Assembly: GCA_963753595.1 (NCBI GenBank) | Contig: CAVWCX010000028.1 | Location: 17,670 to 81,669 of the forward strand | DNA: 64,000 bases | Direction of reading: 5' to 3' | Source of the DNA: Candidatus Methanoperedenaceae archaeon | GTDB lineage: Archaea; Halobacteriota; Methanosarcinia; Methanosarcinales; Methanoperedenaceae | In this document: positions 50,628 to 60,552 of the stretch, in pieces | How positions within the stretch are numbered: position 1 is the first letter of the stretch | Layout of the letters: the number at the start of each line of letters is the position of its first letter | Made by a program: the position numbers and the translations under genes | The notes under the pieces: generated by a model | The model's database searches: none | Told to the model about the DNA's origin: nothing | Seen by the model: only the letters and a program-made list of their open reading frames with translations

Positions 50628-51202
50628 GTTCTCAAGATCAAAAAACAGGTAAAAATATGGAAAAATCCAGTTTTGAATCCACGCAGGAATTTTATGACGA
50701 TTGGCTAAAGACCTACAAAGCTACAATGGGCAAATTCATTGAGATGCCTGCTGTAGGTCCTGCACGTGAGAAATCCGAGAAAATGATGAAAGGTTTCTCG
50801 ACATTTATGAACCTTTATGCGGCAGGAATGGATACCACTTCTAACTTGCAGACCGTATTCATGGAAGCAATGCGAAAAGTCCAGGAAAAAACCGGAGGGG
50901 ATATGAATGGCGAGATAACTCCTGAGAAGTATAAGGAATTTTACAATGTCTGGATCCAGACATATAGCGATACCTTCAAAGAATATTCCAGATCAGATCA
51001 TTTTGTAGCAGATATGGGAAAACTGAATTCCTATTATATGGATTTTCAGCAATACCAGAAGGATATGCTTGAGGAGAATTACCTGAAACCGATGAATCTC
51101 CCTACAAAAAAAGAGATCGACGACATCAATAAAGAATTGTATTCCCTGAAGAAAACGGTTAAAGAACTGACAAGGCAGGTCAAAGAACTAAAAAGAGAAT
51201 AA
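50624..51202 (+). CDS. phaE: Class III PHA synthase subunit PhaE
   Basis: PAVGPARE, EFYNVW, NLPTKKEIDDINKELYSLKK coiled-coil tail; adjacent to phaC. Confidence 0.88.
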   Translation: MSSQDQKTGKNMEKSSFESTQEFYDDWLKTYKATMGKFIEMPAVGPAREKSEKMMKGFSTFMNLYAAGMDTTSNLQTVFMEAMRKVQEKTGGDMNGEITPEKYKEFYNVWIQTYSDTFKEYSRSDHFVADMGKLNSYYMDFQQYQKDMLEENYLKPMNLPTKKEIDDINKELYSLKKTVKELTRQVKELKRE

Positions 51203-51225
51203 TAAATTTCAGTACGGACAATAAC

Positions 51226-52353
51226 ATGAATGGTCTTAATTTAATTGAAGATATTGATAAATTCAAATACGGAATGGAAATTTTCCTTAAAACACCCGGG
51301 TTTTCGGTTGCAACAACGCCCTCAGAGGTCGTTTATACCGAAGATAACATGAGACTTATCCACTATACCCCAACAGTGGAAAAGCCACTTGCAGTTCCAG
51401 TACTGATAGTGTATGCACTGGTGAACAGGTATTATATCCTGGATCTCCAGCCAGATAAAAGTGTAATAAAGAAGCTTCTTGAAGAAGGTTTTGATGTCTA
51501 TGTCATTGACTGGGGATACCCCTGCGGTTCAGACAGGTACCTCACACTTGATGATTACGTGAACGGCTATTTAAATAATTCAGTTGACATGATCAGGGAA
51601 CGTTCAGGATCAGATAAGATCACCCTTCTTGGAGTATGCCAGGGCGGGACTTTTTCTGTAATGTATTCTGCACTTCACCCTGAAAATATAAAAAACCTGG
51701 TTACGCTTGTGGCTCCTGTGAATTTCGATAGTGAAAAGGGGATCCTGAATATCTGGGCTAAGGGCCTTGATGTGGACAAGATCGTGGATTACTATGGAAT
51801 AGTGCCTGGAGATTTCCTGAATTCAGGATTCTTGCTCCTTGACCCATTCAGGCTCATGATCGATAAATATGTAGGAATGTTTGACCGGATCGAATACAAT
51901 CCAGAGGATAATACCAGCAATCTTCGAAATGAAGATCTGATCAAGAATTTCCTGAGAATGGAAAAATGGATTTTCGATAGTCCGGACCAGGCAGGAGAAA
52001 CCTTCAGGCAATTCATGAAAGACTGCTACCAGAAGAACCTTCTCATAAAAAATGAGATGGAACTCAATGGAAAGAAGATCAATTTAAAAAATATTACAAT
52101 GCCTTTGCTCAATGTCATGGCAGAATTCGATCACCTCGTTCCTAACGATGCAAGTAAACCATTGTCTGATGCTGTATCCAGTACAGATAAAGAGACACTT
52201 GTTTTCCCAACCGGTCATATTGGTATATTTGTGGGCTCAAAATCCCAGAAAGAAGTATGTCCAAAGATATCAGCATGGTTGAAGCCCAGATCTTTCCTGA
52301 ATGGAAAGGACAGTTGGAACAAGCAGAAAGATGAGCGGATCAAAGGTGAATAA
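51226..52353 (+). CDS. phaC: Class III PHA synthase subunit PhaC
   Basis: VYALVNRYYILDLQPDKS, LGVCQGG (catalytic Cys), FLRMEKWIFDSPDQAGE, DHLVP, GHIG. Confidence 0.95.
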   Translation: MNGLNLIEDIDKFKYGMEIFLKTPGFSVATTPSEVVYTEDNMRLIHYTPTVEKPLAVPVLIVYALVNRYYILDLQPDKSVIKKLLEEGFDVYVIDWGYPCGSDRYLTLDDYVNGYLNNSVDMIRERSGSDKITLLGVCQGGTFSVMYSALHPENIKNLVTLVAPVNFDSEKGILNIWAKGLDVDKIVDYYGIVPGDFLNSGFLLLDPFRLMIDKYVGMFDRIEYNPEDNTSNLRNEDLIKNFLRMEKWIFDSPDQAGETFRQFMKDCYQKNLLIKNEMELNGKKINLKNITMPLLNVMAEFDHLVPNDASKPLSDAVSSTDKETLVFPTGHIGIFVGSKSQKEVCPKISAWLKPRSFLNGKDSWNKQKDERIKGE

Positions 52354-52356
52354 AAT

Positions 52357-53094
52357 ATGAGACTTGAAAATAAGGTCGTAATTATTACAGGAGCAGGAAG
52401 CGGAATTGGTAGAGAGACTGCGCTCCTGTTCGCAAAGGAAGGGGCAAAAGTCGTTGTCGCCGATGTGAATGAAAAAGGAGGCGAAGAGACTGTTGCGGAA
52501 ATTAAGAAAAATGGAGAGGGATTTTTTGTTAAACTGGATGTAACCAACAGGGAACAATCAGTGCAGATGGCCAAAACCACTCTTGAAAAATATGGCCGGA
52601 TAGACGTCCTGATAAATAATGCAGGAATTGTCCAGGATGCCTTCGTATCAAAAATGACAGAACAACAATGGGATAAGGTCATTGACATCAATCTCAAAGG
52701 AGTTTTTAATTGCATCCAATCTGTAGTTGAAACCATGATGAAACAGGGATCTGGCGTAATTATCAATACATCATCTATTGTCGGACTCAACGGAAACGTA
52801 GGACAGGTCAACTATTCGGCAACCAAAGCCGGCCTGATAGGAATGACAAAGACCCTTGCCAAGGAACTTGGCAAGAAAGGAATACGGGTAAATGCAGTTG
52901 CTCCGGGATTTATTGCAACTCCAATGACAGCGGGAGTCCCTGATAAGATCCTTGAAATGATGAAAGAAAAAACACCATTGAAAAGGCTTGGAGAACCAAA
53001 GGACATTGCAAATGCATATTTATACCTGGCCTCAGATGAAGCAAATTTTGTAAATGGGGCAGTGCTTAGTGTGGATGGTGGATTGGTAATATAA
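52357..53094 (+). CDS. phaB: Acetoacetyl-CoA/3-oxoacyl reductase (SDR)
   Basis: TGAGSGIG, NNAG, NYSATK, VAPGFI; PHA context. Confidence 0.8.
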   Translation: MRLENKVVIITGAGSGIGRETALLFAKEGAKVVVADVNEKGGEETVAEIKKNGEGFFVKLDVTNREQSVQMAKTTLEKYGRIDVLINNAGIVQDAFVSKMTEQQWDKVIDINLKGVFNCIQSVVETMMKQGSGVIINTSSIVGLNGNVGQVNYSATKAGLIGMTKTLAKELGKKGIRVNAVAPGFIATPMTAGVPDKILEMMKEKTPLKRLGEPKDIANAYLYLASDEANFVNGAVLSVDGGLVI

Positions 53095-53160
53095 AGACCC
53101 CTAAGACCCCAAAGACCCCTGAATTAATTCAGGGGACTTTCAGGGGGACTATCAGGGGGG
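53094..53160. repeat. Palindromic short tandem repeat element (3x AAGACCCCW, GAATTAATTC, 3x AGGGG-type)
   Basis: Seen directly between phaB and phaA. Confidence 0.75.
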
Positions 53161-53183
53161 ATGGGTTAAAATAAACTAAACAG

Positions 53184-54371
53184 GTGAAGAGAATGAATAA
53201 TGTTGTTATTGTTTCGGCAACCAGGACTGCAGTGGGGAAATTTGGCGGAAGCCTGAAGGATTTCAATCCGGGACAGCTTGGTACAGTTGTATTGAAAGAT
53301 GCCCTGAAAAAGGCAAATGTTGAAAACAGTGAAGTTGATGAAGTCATCATGGGAAATGTCCTTGGTGCAGGTCACGGCCAGAACGTGACAAGACAATCTG
53401 CGATATGGGCCGGGATCCCAAAAGAAGTGCCATCCTTTACCGTGGGAAAAGTTTGCGGTTCAGGTTTAAAGTCAGTGGTTCTTGGAGCACAATCCATCAT
53501 GCTGGGTGATTCTGATGTTGTTTTGGCAGGCGGGATGGAATCCATGTCCCAGTCTCCTTACGCACTGAAAAGTAACCGCTGGGGAGCAAAGATGGGGAAC
53601 GGGGAAGTTGTAGATCTTATGATCCAGGATGGATTATGGGATATTTTCAACAATTACCATATGGGCGTAACAGCAGAGAATGTAGCTGAAAAATATAAAA
53701 TTACACGGCAGGACCAGGATGATTTCTCGGCAAAAAGCCAGAATAAAGCAGAAGTTGCGATAAAGGCAGGGAAATTCAAGGATGAGATCGTTCCAGTCAG
53801 CATCCTCCAGCCAAAAGGAGAGCCTGTTCTTTTTGATACTGATGAATTCCCAAGGTTCGGGACTACAAAAGAGATCCTTGGTAAACTAAAACCCGCATTC
53901 AAGAAAGACGGGACGGTAACCGCAGGCAACGCTTCAGGGATCAATGATGGGGCGGCTTGTGTTCTTCTTATGTCTGAAGAAAAAGCAAAAGAAAAGGGAC
54001 TCACACCTTTGGCAACCATCAAAAGTTATGGGTTGTGCGGGGTCGCGCCTGAACTGATGGGACTTGGTCCGATCGGCGCCACTCAAAAAGCCCTCAAACG
54101 AGCCGGCATTCTGGCAGACAAACTCGACCTTGTAGAATTAAATGAAGCTTTTGCATCCCAGAGCATAGCGGTCAGCAGGGATCTGGGTTTGAATCCGGAG
54201 CATGTCAATGTAAATGGCGGGGCGATAGCTTTAGGACATCCAATAGGAGCAAGCGGCACAAGGATACTTGTCACGCTCCTGCATGAATTAAGAAGAAGAA
54301 AGGGTACTTATGGCCTTGCAGCCCTGTGCATCGGGGGCGGACAGGGTATTGCAATGATAGTGAAGAGGTAG
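53184..54371 (+). CDS. phaA: Acetyl-CoA acetyltransferase (bacterial-type thiolase II)
   Basis: [26 protein letters not shown]. Confidence 0.92.
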   Translation: MKRMNNVVIVSATRTAVGKFGGSLKDFNPGQLGTVVLKDALKKANVENSEVDEVIMGNVLGAGHGQNVTRQSAIWAGIPKEVPSFTVGKVCGSGLKSVVLGAQSIMLGDSDVVLAGGMESMSQSPYALKSNRWGAKMGNGEVVDLMIQDGLWDIFNNYHMGVTAENVAEKYKITRQDQDDFSAKSQNKAEVAIKAGKFKDEIVPVSILQPKGEPVLFDTDEFPRFGTTKEILGKLKPAFKKDGTVTAGNASGINDGAACVLLMSEEKAKEKGLTPLATIKSYGLCGVAPELMGLGPIGATQKALKRAGILADKLDLVELNEAFASQSIAVSRDLGLNPEHVNVNGGAIALGHPIGASGTRILVTLLHELRRRKGTYGLAALCIGGGQGIAMIVKR

Positions 54372-54391
54372 GGAAGTAAGAGGGAGATAAA

Positions 54392-55243
54392 ATGACTAAA
54401 AAGGGAAGTCTGGATGGTAAAGTTGCCCTTGTGACCGGAGGATCAAGGGGTATAGGCCAGGCGATCGCGATGAGGCTTGCTGAGGATGGAGCAGATATTG
54501 CAATTAATTATCAATCCACCAAAGAAAAGGCGCAAAAGGTATCAAAAAAGATAGACCAGATAGGCATGTCAGATGAATTTGGTAAATTATCCGCTTTGAT
54601 AGACCAGATGGAGACCAAGGAACATGCAAAGGAAGTATCGGATCTATTGGATTCCATAGGTTCTCACTCCATGATCTGCCAGGCCAACGTTAATAACTTT
54701 GAGCAGGTGAACCGAATGCGCGATGATGTTGTAAAAAAGTTTGGGAAGATAGATATCCTGGTCAATAATGCCGGTATCGTGAGGGATAAATCATTTGTAA
54801 AAATGACCCCCCAGATGTGGAGTGAAGTATTATCCGTGAACCTTGATGGTGCTTTCTATTGTACCAAAGCTGTAATAGAGGGAATGCTTGAGAGAAAGTA
54901 CGGAAAGATCGTGAATATATCCTCGGTCATTGGAAGGATGGGGAATCGGGGACAGGCGAACTATGCGGCCTCAAAGGCAGGCATGATCGCACTTACCCAG
55001 ACGCTTGCAAAGGAATTTGCGGGTAAAGGCATAACAGTGAACGCTGTTGCGCCTGGATTTATCGAAACAGAAATGCTAAAATCGATCCCGAAAGAAATAC
55101 TCGATAAGATACTTGCCCAGATACCGCTGGGAAGACTCGGGAAGCCTTCCGAAGTGGCAGGAGCTGTCTCATACTTAGTCTCAGAAGATGGGGATTACAT
55201 AACAGGGCAGGTAGTGGATATTAACGGAGGATTATATATATAA
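54392..55243 (+). CDS. phaB: Second acetoacetyl-CoA reductase with internal insertion
   Basis: TGGSRGIG, NNAGIVRD, GQANYAASK; about 35 extra residues after strand beta-2. Confidence 0.8.
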   Translation: MTKKGSLDGKVALVTGGSRGIGQAIAMRLAEDGADIAINYQSTKEKAQKVSKKIDQIGMSDEFGKLSALIDQMETKEHAKEVSDLLDSIGSHSMICQANVNNFEQVNRMRDDVVKKFGKIDILVNNAGIVRDKSFVKMTPQMWSEVLSVNLDGAFYCTKAVIEGMLERKYGKIVNISSVIGRMGNRGQANYAASKAGMIALTQTLAKEFAGKGITVNAVAPGFIETEMLKSIPKEILDKILAQIPLGRLGKPSEVAGAVSYLVSEDGDYITGQVVDINGGLYI

Positions 55244-55273
55244 TTTTTTTATGTTGATGTTAAACGCTTCTAT

Positions 55274-55867
55274 TCAAATTTCCATTAGTATTTGAATTCC
55301 AAAATCCTTGAGACTTTCCGAAAGTGCGCAAAGCGGCAGGCCAATAACATTAAAATAATCGCCGTCTATTCTTTTCACAAGAACTGAGCCCAATCCCTGT
55401 ATCGCATAAGCTCCGGCCTTGTCCAGGGGTTCTTTTGTTTTGATATATGCATCTATTTCTAAACCTGTCAATTTCTTGAATATTACTTTTGTTTCCACAG
55501 ACCTTGACAGTTTTTTTCCCGTATCAGTATCAAGAACAGTAAAGCCCGTAATTACTGAATGCGTCCTTCCCTCAAGCAATAAAAGCATTCTACGAGCTTC
55601 CTCCCGGGTATGCGGTTTACCCAGGATTTGTTCTCTTATGATAACAAAAGTGTCAGCCGCGATGATAATTGCGTTACCATATTTTCCGGCAACAGACTTT
55701 GCTTTTTCTAATGATAAGAATCTTGCAAGTTCATGAGGGCTTAAATTGAGATTCATATCTTCCTTGTAATCGCCAGGGTCAACCTCGAATTTCAGACCTG
55801 TCAGGGCAAGCAATTCTTTTCGTCTCGGGGATGCTGATGCAAGTATTATTTTTCTTGTCTTATGCAT
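55274..55867 (-). CDS. maf: Maf-family nucleotide pyrophosphatase
   Basis: ILASASPRR, ADT, GKP, DKAGAYAIQG, NVIGLP. Start MHKTRK at 55867. Confidence 0.93.
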   Translation of the reverse strand: MHKTRKIILASASPRRKELLALTGLKFEVDPGDYKEDMNLNLSPHELARFLSLEKAKSVAGKYGNAIIIAADTFVIIREQILGKPHTREEARRMLLLLEGRTHSVITGFTVLDTDTGKKLSRSVETKVIFKKLTGLEIDAYIKTKEPLDKAGAYAIQGLGSVLVKRIDGDYFNVIGLPLCALSESLKDFGIQILMEI

Positions 55868-57035
55868 ACTGACCCGCCACAAAACCAGAAGCCCATGCCC
55901 AGTGTAAATTGTATCCGCCAAGTTGGCCTGTCACATCTATGACCTCACCAGTAAAATAGAGACCTTTGACTTTTTTTGATCCCATCGTTTTGGATGAAAG
56001 TTCATCCGTATCAATACCGCCAAGTGTGGCCTCTGCTGTTTTGAAACCTTCGGTAGTATTTGGTTTTATTTCCCAGTTATGAATCTGGTGAGCAATATTT
56101 TTTAGTTCCTTTTCATTATATTGATTTACTGGTTTTGACTGGATATTTGAAGCGCACCATACCTTTGCCAGGCGCGATGGTAAATATTCTGATAGTAAGT
56201 TATGAATATCGATCTTGCTCTTATTGAGTTGTCTTTCAAGGAAAATCCCCAATATTTCAATTCCAGGCAAAAGGTCAATAATGATGGTATCGCCCTCCTT
56301 CCAGTATGAAGATACCTGGAGAATCGCAGGACCACTCAGTCCCCTGTGAGTGAAAAGGATACTTCCCCGAAATTCCATTTTGTTGCATTTGATAGCGCCG
56401 TCAATCGAGATACCGCTTAATTCACGAAATATTGACGAGTCTTTGCGGGAAAAAATAAATGGAACAAGCGCAGGTTTTAGCTCAGTGATTTTAAGGCCGA
56501 ACTGCTTTGCGATATCATGCCCTATGCCTGAAGCTCCTATCTGCGGATAAGACAATGCCCCGGATGCAATAACAAGAGACCCTGATTCAAAAATCCCATT
56601 ATCAGTGGATACTATGAACGAATCTTCTTTTTTCACTCCCATTATATGGCAATTTAATATAATTTTCACTCCAGCATCGTTACTTTCCTTCTCCAGCATC
56701 CTGATTATTTCTTCAGAACTTCCGGTACAGAACAACTGGCCAGCTTCCCTTTCCTCATATTTTACACCATGTTTTTCAAGCAGGGCAATGAAATCACGGG
56801 GAGCAAAACGGGAAAGAGCGGATTTACAAAAGTGAGGATTATTTGATATAAAATTCGTAGGGTGAGTAATGAGATTTGTAAAATTACTTCTCCCCCCGCC
56901 GGAAATACGGATCTTTTTCCCGATTTTGTCAGCATGGTCTAAAACAAGAACACTTCGGCCTCTTTTCCCTGATTCGATCGCACACATCATGCCTGATGCG
57001 CCTGCTCCGATTATGATGACATCTTTTTTGATCAT
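55860..57035 (-). CDS. HI0933/YhiN/BaiN-family flavoprotein
   Basis: GAGASG, GKKIRISGGGRSNFTN, LFTHRGLSGP, GGYNLHWAWASG. Confidence 0.92.
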   Translation of the reverse strand: MIKKDVIIIGAGASGMMCAIESGKRGRSVLVLDHADKIGKKIRISGGGRSNFTNLITHPTNFISNNPHFCKSALSRFAPRDFIALLEKHGVKYEEREAGQLFCTGSSEEIIRMLEKESNDAGVKIILNCHIMGVKKEDSFIVSTDNGIFESGSLVIASGALSYPQIGASGIGHDIAKQFGLKITELKPALVPFIFSRKDSSIFRELSGISIDGAIKCNKMEFRGSILFTHRGLSGPAILQVSSYWKEGDTIIIDLLPGIEILGIFLERQLNKSKIDIHNLLSEYLPSRLAKVWCASNIQSKPVNQYNEKELKNIAHQIHNWEIKPNTTEGFKTAEATLGGIDTDELSSKTMGSKKVKGLYFTGEVIDVTGQLGGYNLHWAWASGFVAGQYA

Positions 57036-57109
57036 ATTTTCCTGGTTTTCAACTATATATCCTTAATGATGCGGAGGTAAAATAATTATACTGTAAGGAT
57101 CATTTGTAA

Positions 57110-57442
57110 ATGGTTAATGAGGTTCAAATGGTTACAATAGACCCATGCTCGCGGCTCAAGGTCATCCAAACCCAGCTGCTTCCGGCCATTCTTAGAAGCG
57201 CGGTAGAAAATACAACTTCGGATATTAAGACTTCAATTGAACTCAGTCTTCCACCCCTGGAAGAAAAATGCTATTTACTTGCTGAAAAATGCGGTAAAAT
57301 GTACCCTGATTGCGGAAAAGAAATTGAATTATGTAAGGTTGAAAATATAAAAACTGTTTTTGAACGGACACGGGAAAAGCTGGATAAGATCTGGATAACA
57401 AAAGAGAAAATGAAGAAAGAAGGTGCCGGGACCGATATTTAG
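57110..57442 (+). CDS. Hypothetical Cys-containing protein
   Basis: 110 aa, divergent from the flavoprotein gene; 3' end abuts the hsdM remnant. Confidence 0.6.
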   Translation: MVNEVQMVTIDPCSRLKVIQTQLLPAILRSAVENTTSDIKTSIELSLPPLEEKCYLLAEKCGKMYPDCGKEIELCKVENIKTVFERTREKLDKIWITKEKMKKEGAGTDI

Positions 57443-57529
57443 TGAAGTTATCAATAAGGCATTGGAACACATAGAAGAAGAAAACAAAATGAAACTGAGG
57501 GGTGTATTTAGAAATATAGATTTCAACTC

Positions 57530-59076
57530 CATTGGTCATCGGTTAAGCCCACCAGTCATCCCTGAACCGATGTCTACTGACATGGGGATCAAGTGCCTGA
57601 CTTGAATAGACATTCATAACAGTCAGAATAGTTCTTTCAATCCCATAATACCGAAGTATCAGAGTAAGCTGTTTATCAGCATTTTCGGCAAAAATCGTAC
57701 TCCATCGCAATTGTGTAAAACGAGAACCAATATCTTTTGGATTATACTTCCGAACTAACGAATATATTCTCCTGCTTACTAAAAGGGTAAGAATCGATAT
57801 CCAGATAAAGGCTTCGATAATTTGTGTGTTCTTTGTATTCACAACATCAAGAGCGTATCTGCTTTTCAGTTCTTTAAAGATCAGTTCAATATCCCATCTT
57901 GCTCCATAGAGTTTCGCAACATCCTCAGCCTCCAAAACATCTTTTGCAATATTAGTAAGATAGACATGATACTTTTCTTCATCTTCATTAAAAACCGCTA
58001 CCAATCGGAACTGTTCAGTATCCATTCTTGTCTTACTTTTCCCATTATAATTCGGTTTCTTGAATGAGACCTCAACTTCAACATCGAGTACTTGTCTTTT
58101 TAACTTGGGGAGAATTTCACTGATATATTTCCCTTTCACATCAATACTATTCCCCCGACACGTATTATGCACATCAACAATAAGAGGATCCGCACTTCCT
58201 TTCAATCTGGACACGAAGTAACCGCCATTCTCCTTGATTTTAGCAAAGAGTAGATGTTTGTAGAAACCAAGATCGATAAGAAGAATTCTATCTTTTATCC
58301 ATGGACCTATTCGCAGAGTCTTCAATTCATTTGTACTTTCAGGATGAATAGTGATGCTTTTTGGGCTGTTTGCCACGGCACTTACCAACAAACTCACTTT
58401 AACGCCAGCTGCTACCGTTCTGGAACGTGCTGCCGGGAATTTTTTAGCAAGAGACTTATGCAATCTGATAATTGTGCTGTCCTGTATCATTACATCCTGG
58501 AATTTAGCTATTTTTTCATTGAGAACTTTGGTTTGTTCCTTAGCAAGCTGTTCAATTCCATGAGTTACACATAGCCTCAGGAATGCAACAAGTTCAGGTG
58601 TGAATCTTTCATACCAGCTGCTGTCGCTCAGTTTTTTATTGGAAAACTTTTCATAATTCCGTTTGACAAAGGCTAGATTTCTTGCAAGGCGAACACCATA
58701 ACTATTGACAAGAACCCAAAACATTTCTACGGCTGTCACTTTTCTCTCTCTTTCTATGAGGCCGGTTTCTTTTGCTGCTTGTTTCAGCCATTCTGGAGGG
58801 AATAGTGTGTAGAGGTCTTTTTCAATTATATCGGGGTCATAAGATGGGATTTTTGTGTTTGGTTCTTTGGGCTTTTTCATGCTACTGATCCTCTTTCTAA
58901 TTTTAATACAGTAAAATTAGAATTTTTAAGTAATATATGCATGCTAAGACGATAAATGCTTCGCTATATAACGATTATTTCAACTGGAAACCCAAAGCTA
59001 TTGACTAAAAACGAGTAATTCTGCAATCTTTTTTGAGATAATTCATTGAGCAGAATTCCTTAACCGATGACCAATG
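57530..59076 (-). mobile_element. IS4-family (ISH8-like) element, copy 2
   Basis: Same 18-bp TIRs as copy 1. 10-bp TSD ATTTCAACTC at 57520-57529 and 59077-59086. Confidence 0.95.
57543..58880 (-). CDS. IS4-family transposase
   Basis: Identical to 1812-3143 except for 2 extra residues (RMDTEQ vs RMEQ). Confidence 0.95.
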   Translation of the reverse strand: MKKPKEPNTKIPSYDPDIIEKDLYTLFPPEWLKQAAKETGLIERERKVTAVEMFWVLVNSYGVRLARNLAFVKRNYEKFSNKKLSDSSWYERFTPELVAFLRLCVTHGIEQLAKEQTKVLNEKIAKFQDVMIQDSTIIRLHKSLAKKFPAARSRTVAAGVKVSLLVSAVANSPKSITIHPESTNELKTLRIGPWIKDRILLIDLGFYKHLLFAKIKENGGYFVSRLKGSADPLIVDVHNTCRGNSIDVKGKYISEILPKLKRQVLDVEVEVSFKKPNYNGKSKTRMDTEQFRLVAVFNEDEEKYHVYLTNIAKDVLEAEDVAKLYGARWDIELIFKELKSRYALDVVNTKNTQIIEAFIWISILTLLVSRRIYSLVRKYNPKDIGSRFTQLRWSTIFAENADKQLTLILRYYGIERTILTVMNVYSSQALDPHVSRHRFRDDWWA

Positions 59077-59566
59077 ATTTCAACTCTGAATCAATTCTTG
59101 GACAAACCAAAGATAGAAACAGCATGTTAAAGCACCTGCTTGATGCAGTAATCGGGCTTCCTGCAAACTTATTTTTTGGTACAGGAATTCCTGCATGTAT
59201 ATTGGTGTTCAAGAAAAACCGAAGCAGAAGGGATATATTATTCATTGATGCTTCTAATGACGGGCACTTTGAAAAGGGAAAGAACCAGAACATCTTAAGG
59301 GAGGAGGACATCCAGAGAATTGTTGATGCTTATGACAAATATGAAAATATTGACAGGTTTGCGCATGTCGCCTCACCCGATGAAATCAAGGAAAATGAAT
59401 ACAACTTGAACATTCCAAGATATGTGGACACATTTGAAGAGGAAAAACCTGTTGACATGGATGCAGTCAAGGAAAATATCGCAAACATCAAACTGGAGCT
59501 TGCAGAAGTTGAGGTTAAGATGCAGAAGCAACTTGAAGAACTGGGGTTGTAGATGGGGTGATGAAA

Positions 59567-60403
59567 ATGAGCAAAAATAAAAATATTACCATTGAAGTCC
59601 AGGGTACTGCTATTGCAATCGTTTCTCAGAAGGATGAGGACTATATTTCTCTGACTGATATTGCCAAATATCGTAACAAGCAAGAACCTTTTGCGATTAT
59701 CAATAATTGGATGCGGAGCCGGAGCACGATTGAATTCCTGGGTTTGTGGGAAAAATTAAGCAATCCTGATTTTAAACCTCTCGAATTCGAGAGGTTTAGA
59801 AGTGAAGCTGGAAATAATTATTTTGTGCTTTCGCCTCAAAGATGGATTGAATCCACCAATGCCATTGGGTTCATTTCGAAGTCAGGCAGATATGGAGGAA
59901 CTTACGCTCATAAAGATATCGCATTTGAATTTGCATCATGGATATCTTCCGAATTCAAGCTCTACTTAATCAAGGAATTCCAGCGCCTTAAAGACGACGA
60001 AAGCCGCCGTCTCTCCCTCGCGTGGAACCTCAATCGCACCATTTCCAGGCTTAACTACCGCATCCACACCGACGCGATTAAAGCACACCTCATTCCCGCT
60101 CTCGTCACCCCTGAACAGGCTGCCATCACCTATGCTAACGAAGCGGATCTCCTGAACGTGGCTCTATTCGGCCAAACTGCCAGGCAGTGGCGTGATGCCA
60201 ACCCCAAGCTTGACGGCAATATGCGAGATTACGCCAGCATTGAGCAATTGCTGGTTCTGGCTAACATCGAGGGTATGAATGCCGAGTTCATCCATATGGG
60301 CTTGACCCAGGGTGTTCGCCTGAAACGGCTCAATGAAATTGCGATCCGCCAGATGAAAACGCTTACAGCATCGAACACCAGAGCATTGGAGGATGGCAAA
60401 TGA
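59567..60403 (+). CDS. KilA-N domain DNA-binding protein
   Basis: DYISLTDIAK, NWMR.R.TIEFLGLWE, SKSGRYGGTYAHKDIAFEFASWIS; a common passenger of type I R-M loci. Confidence 0.88.
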   Translation: MSKNKNITIEVQGTAIAIVSQKDEDYISLTDIAKYRNKQEPFAIINNWMRSRSTIEFLGLWEKLSNPDFKPLEFERFRSEAGNNYFVLSPQRWIESTNAIGFISKSGRYGGTYAHKDIAFEFASWISSEFKLYLIKEFQRLKDDESRRLSLAWNLNRTISRLNYRIHTDAIKAHLIPALVTPEQAAITYANEADLLNVALFGQTARQWRDANPKLDGNMRDYASIEQLLVLANIEGMNAEFIHMGLTQGVRLKRLNEIAIRQMKTLTASNTRALEDGK

Positions 60404-60552
60404 AAATCGGACAACTAAAACTGCAGTCTGTGGATAAAATATCGCCGGATAATCCGCAGATTTCGAAGATTCGCGCAGATAACAAAAATAGAACTAATTT
60501 ATTAGTGCGGTATGAATTCTTTTTCATTACTCCAGGTTGTAGGTGATCTCAT

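Larger units (their letters stand above)
57430..59552 (+). pseudogene. hsdM: Type I R-M methyltransferase (HsdM) remnant: 5'-truncated, IS-interrupted, catalytic core deleted
   Basis: EVINKALEHIEEEN...GVFRNIDFNS|IS|ESILGQTKDRNSMLKHLL joined directly to DAVIGLPANLFFGTGIPACILVF...FIDAS...YNLNIPRYVD. No DPACGSG or NPPF motif. Confidence 0.88.
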
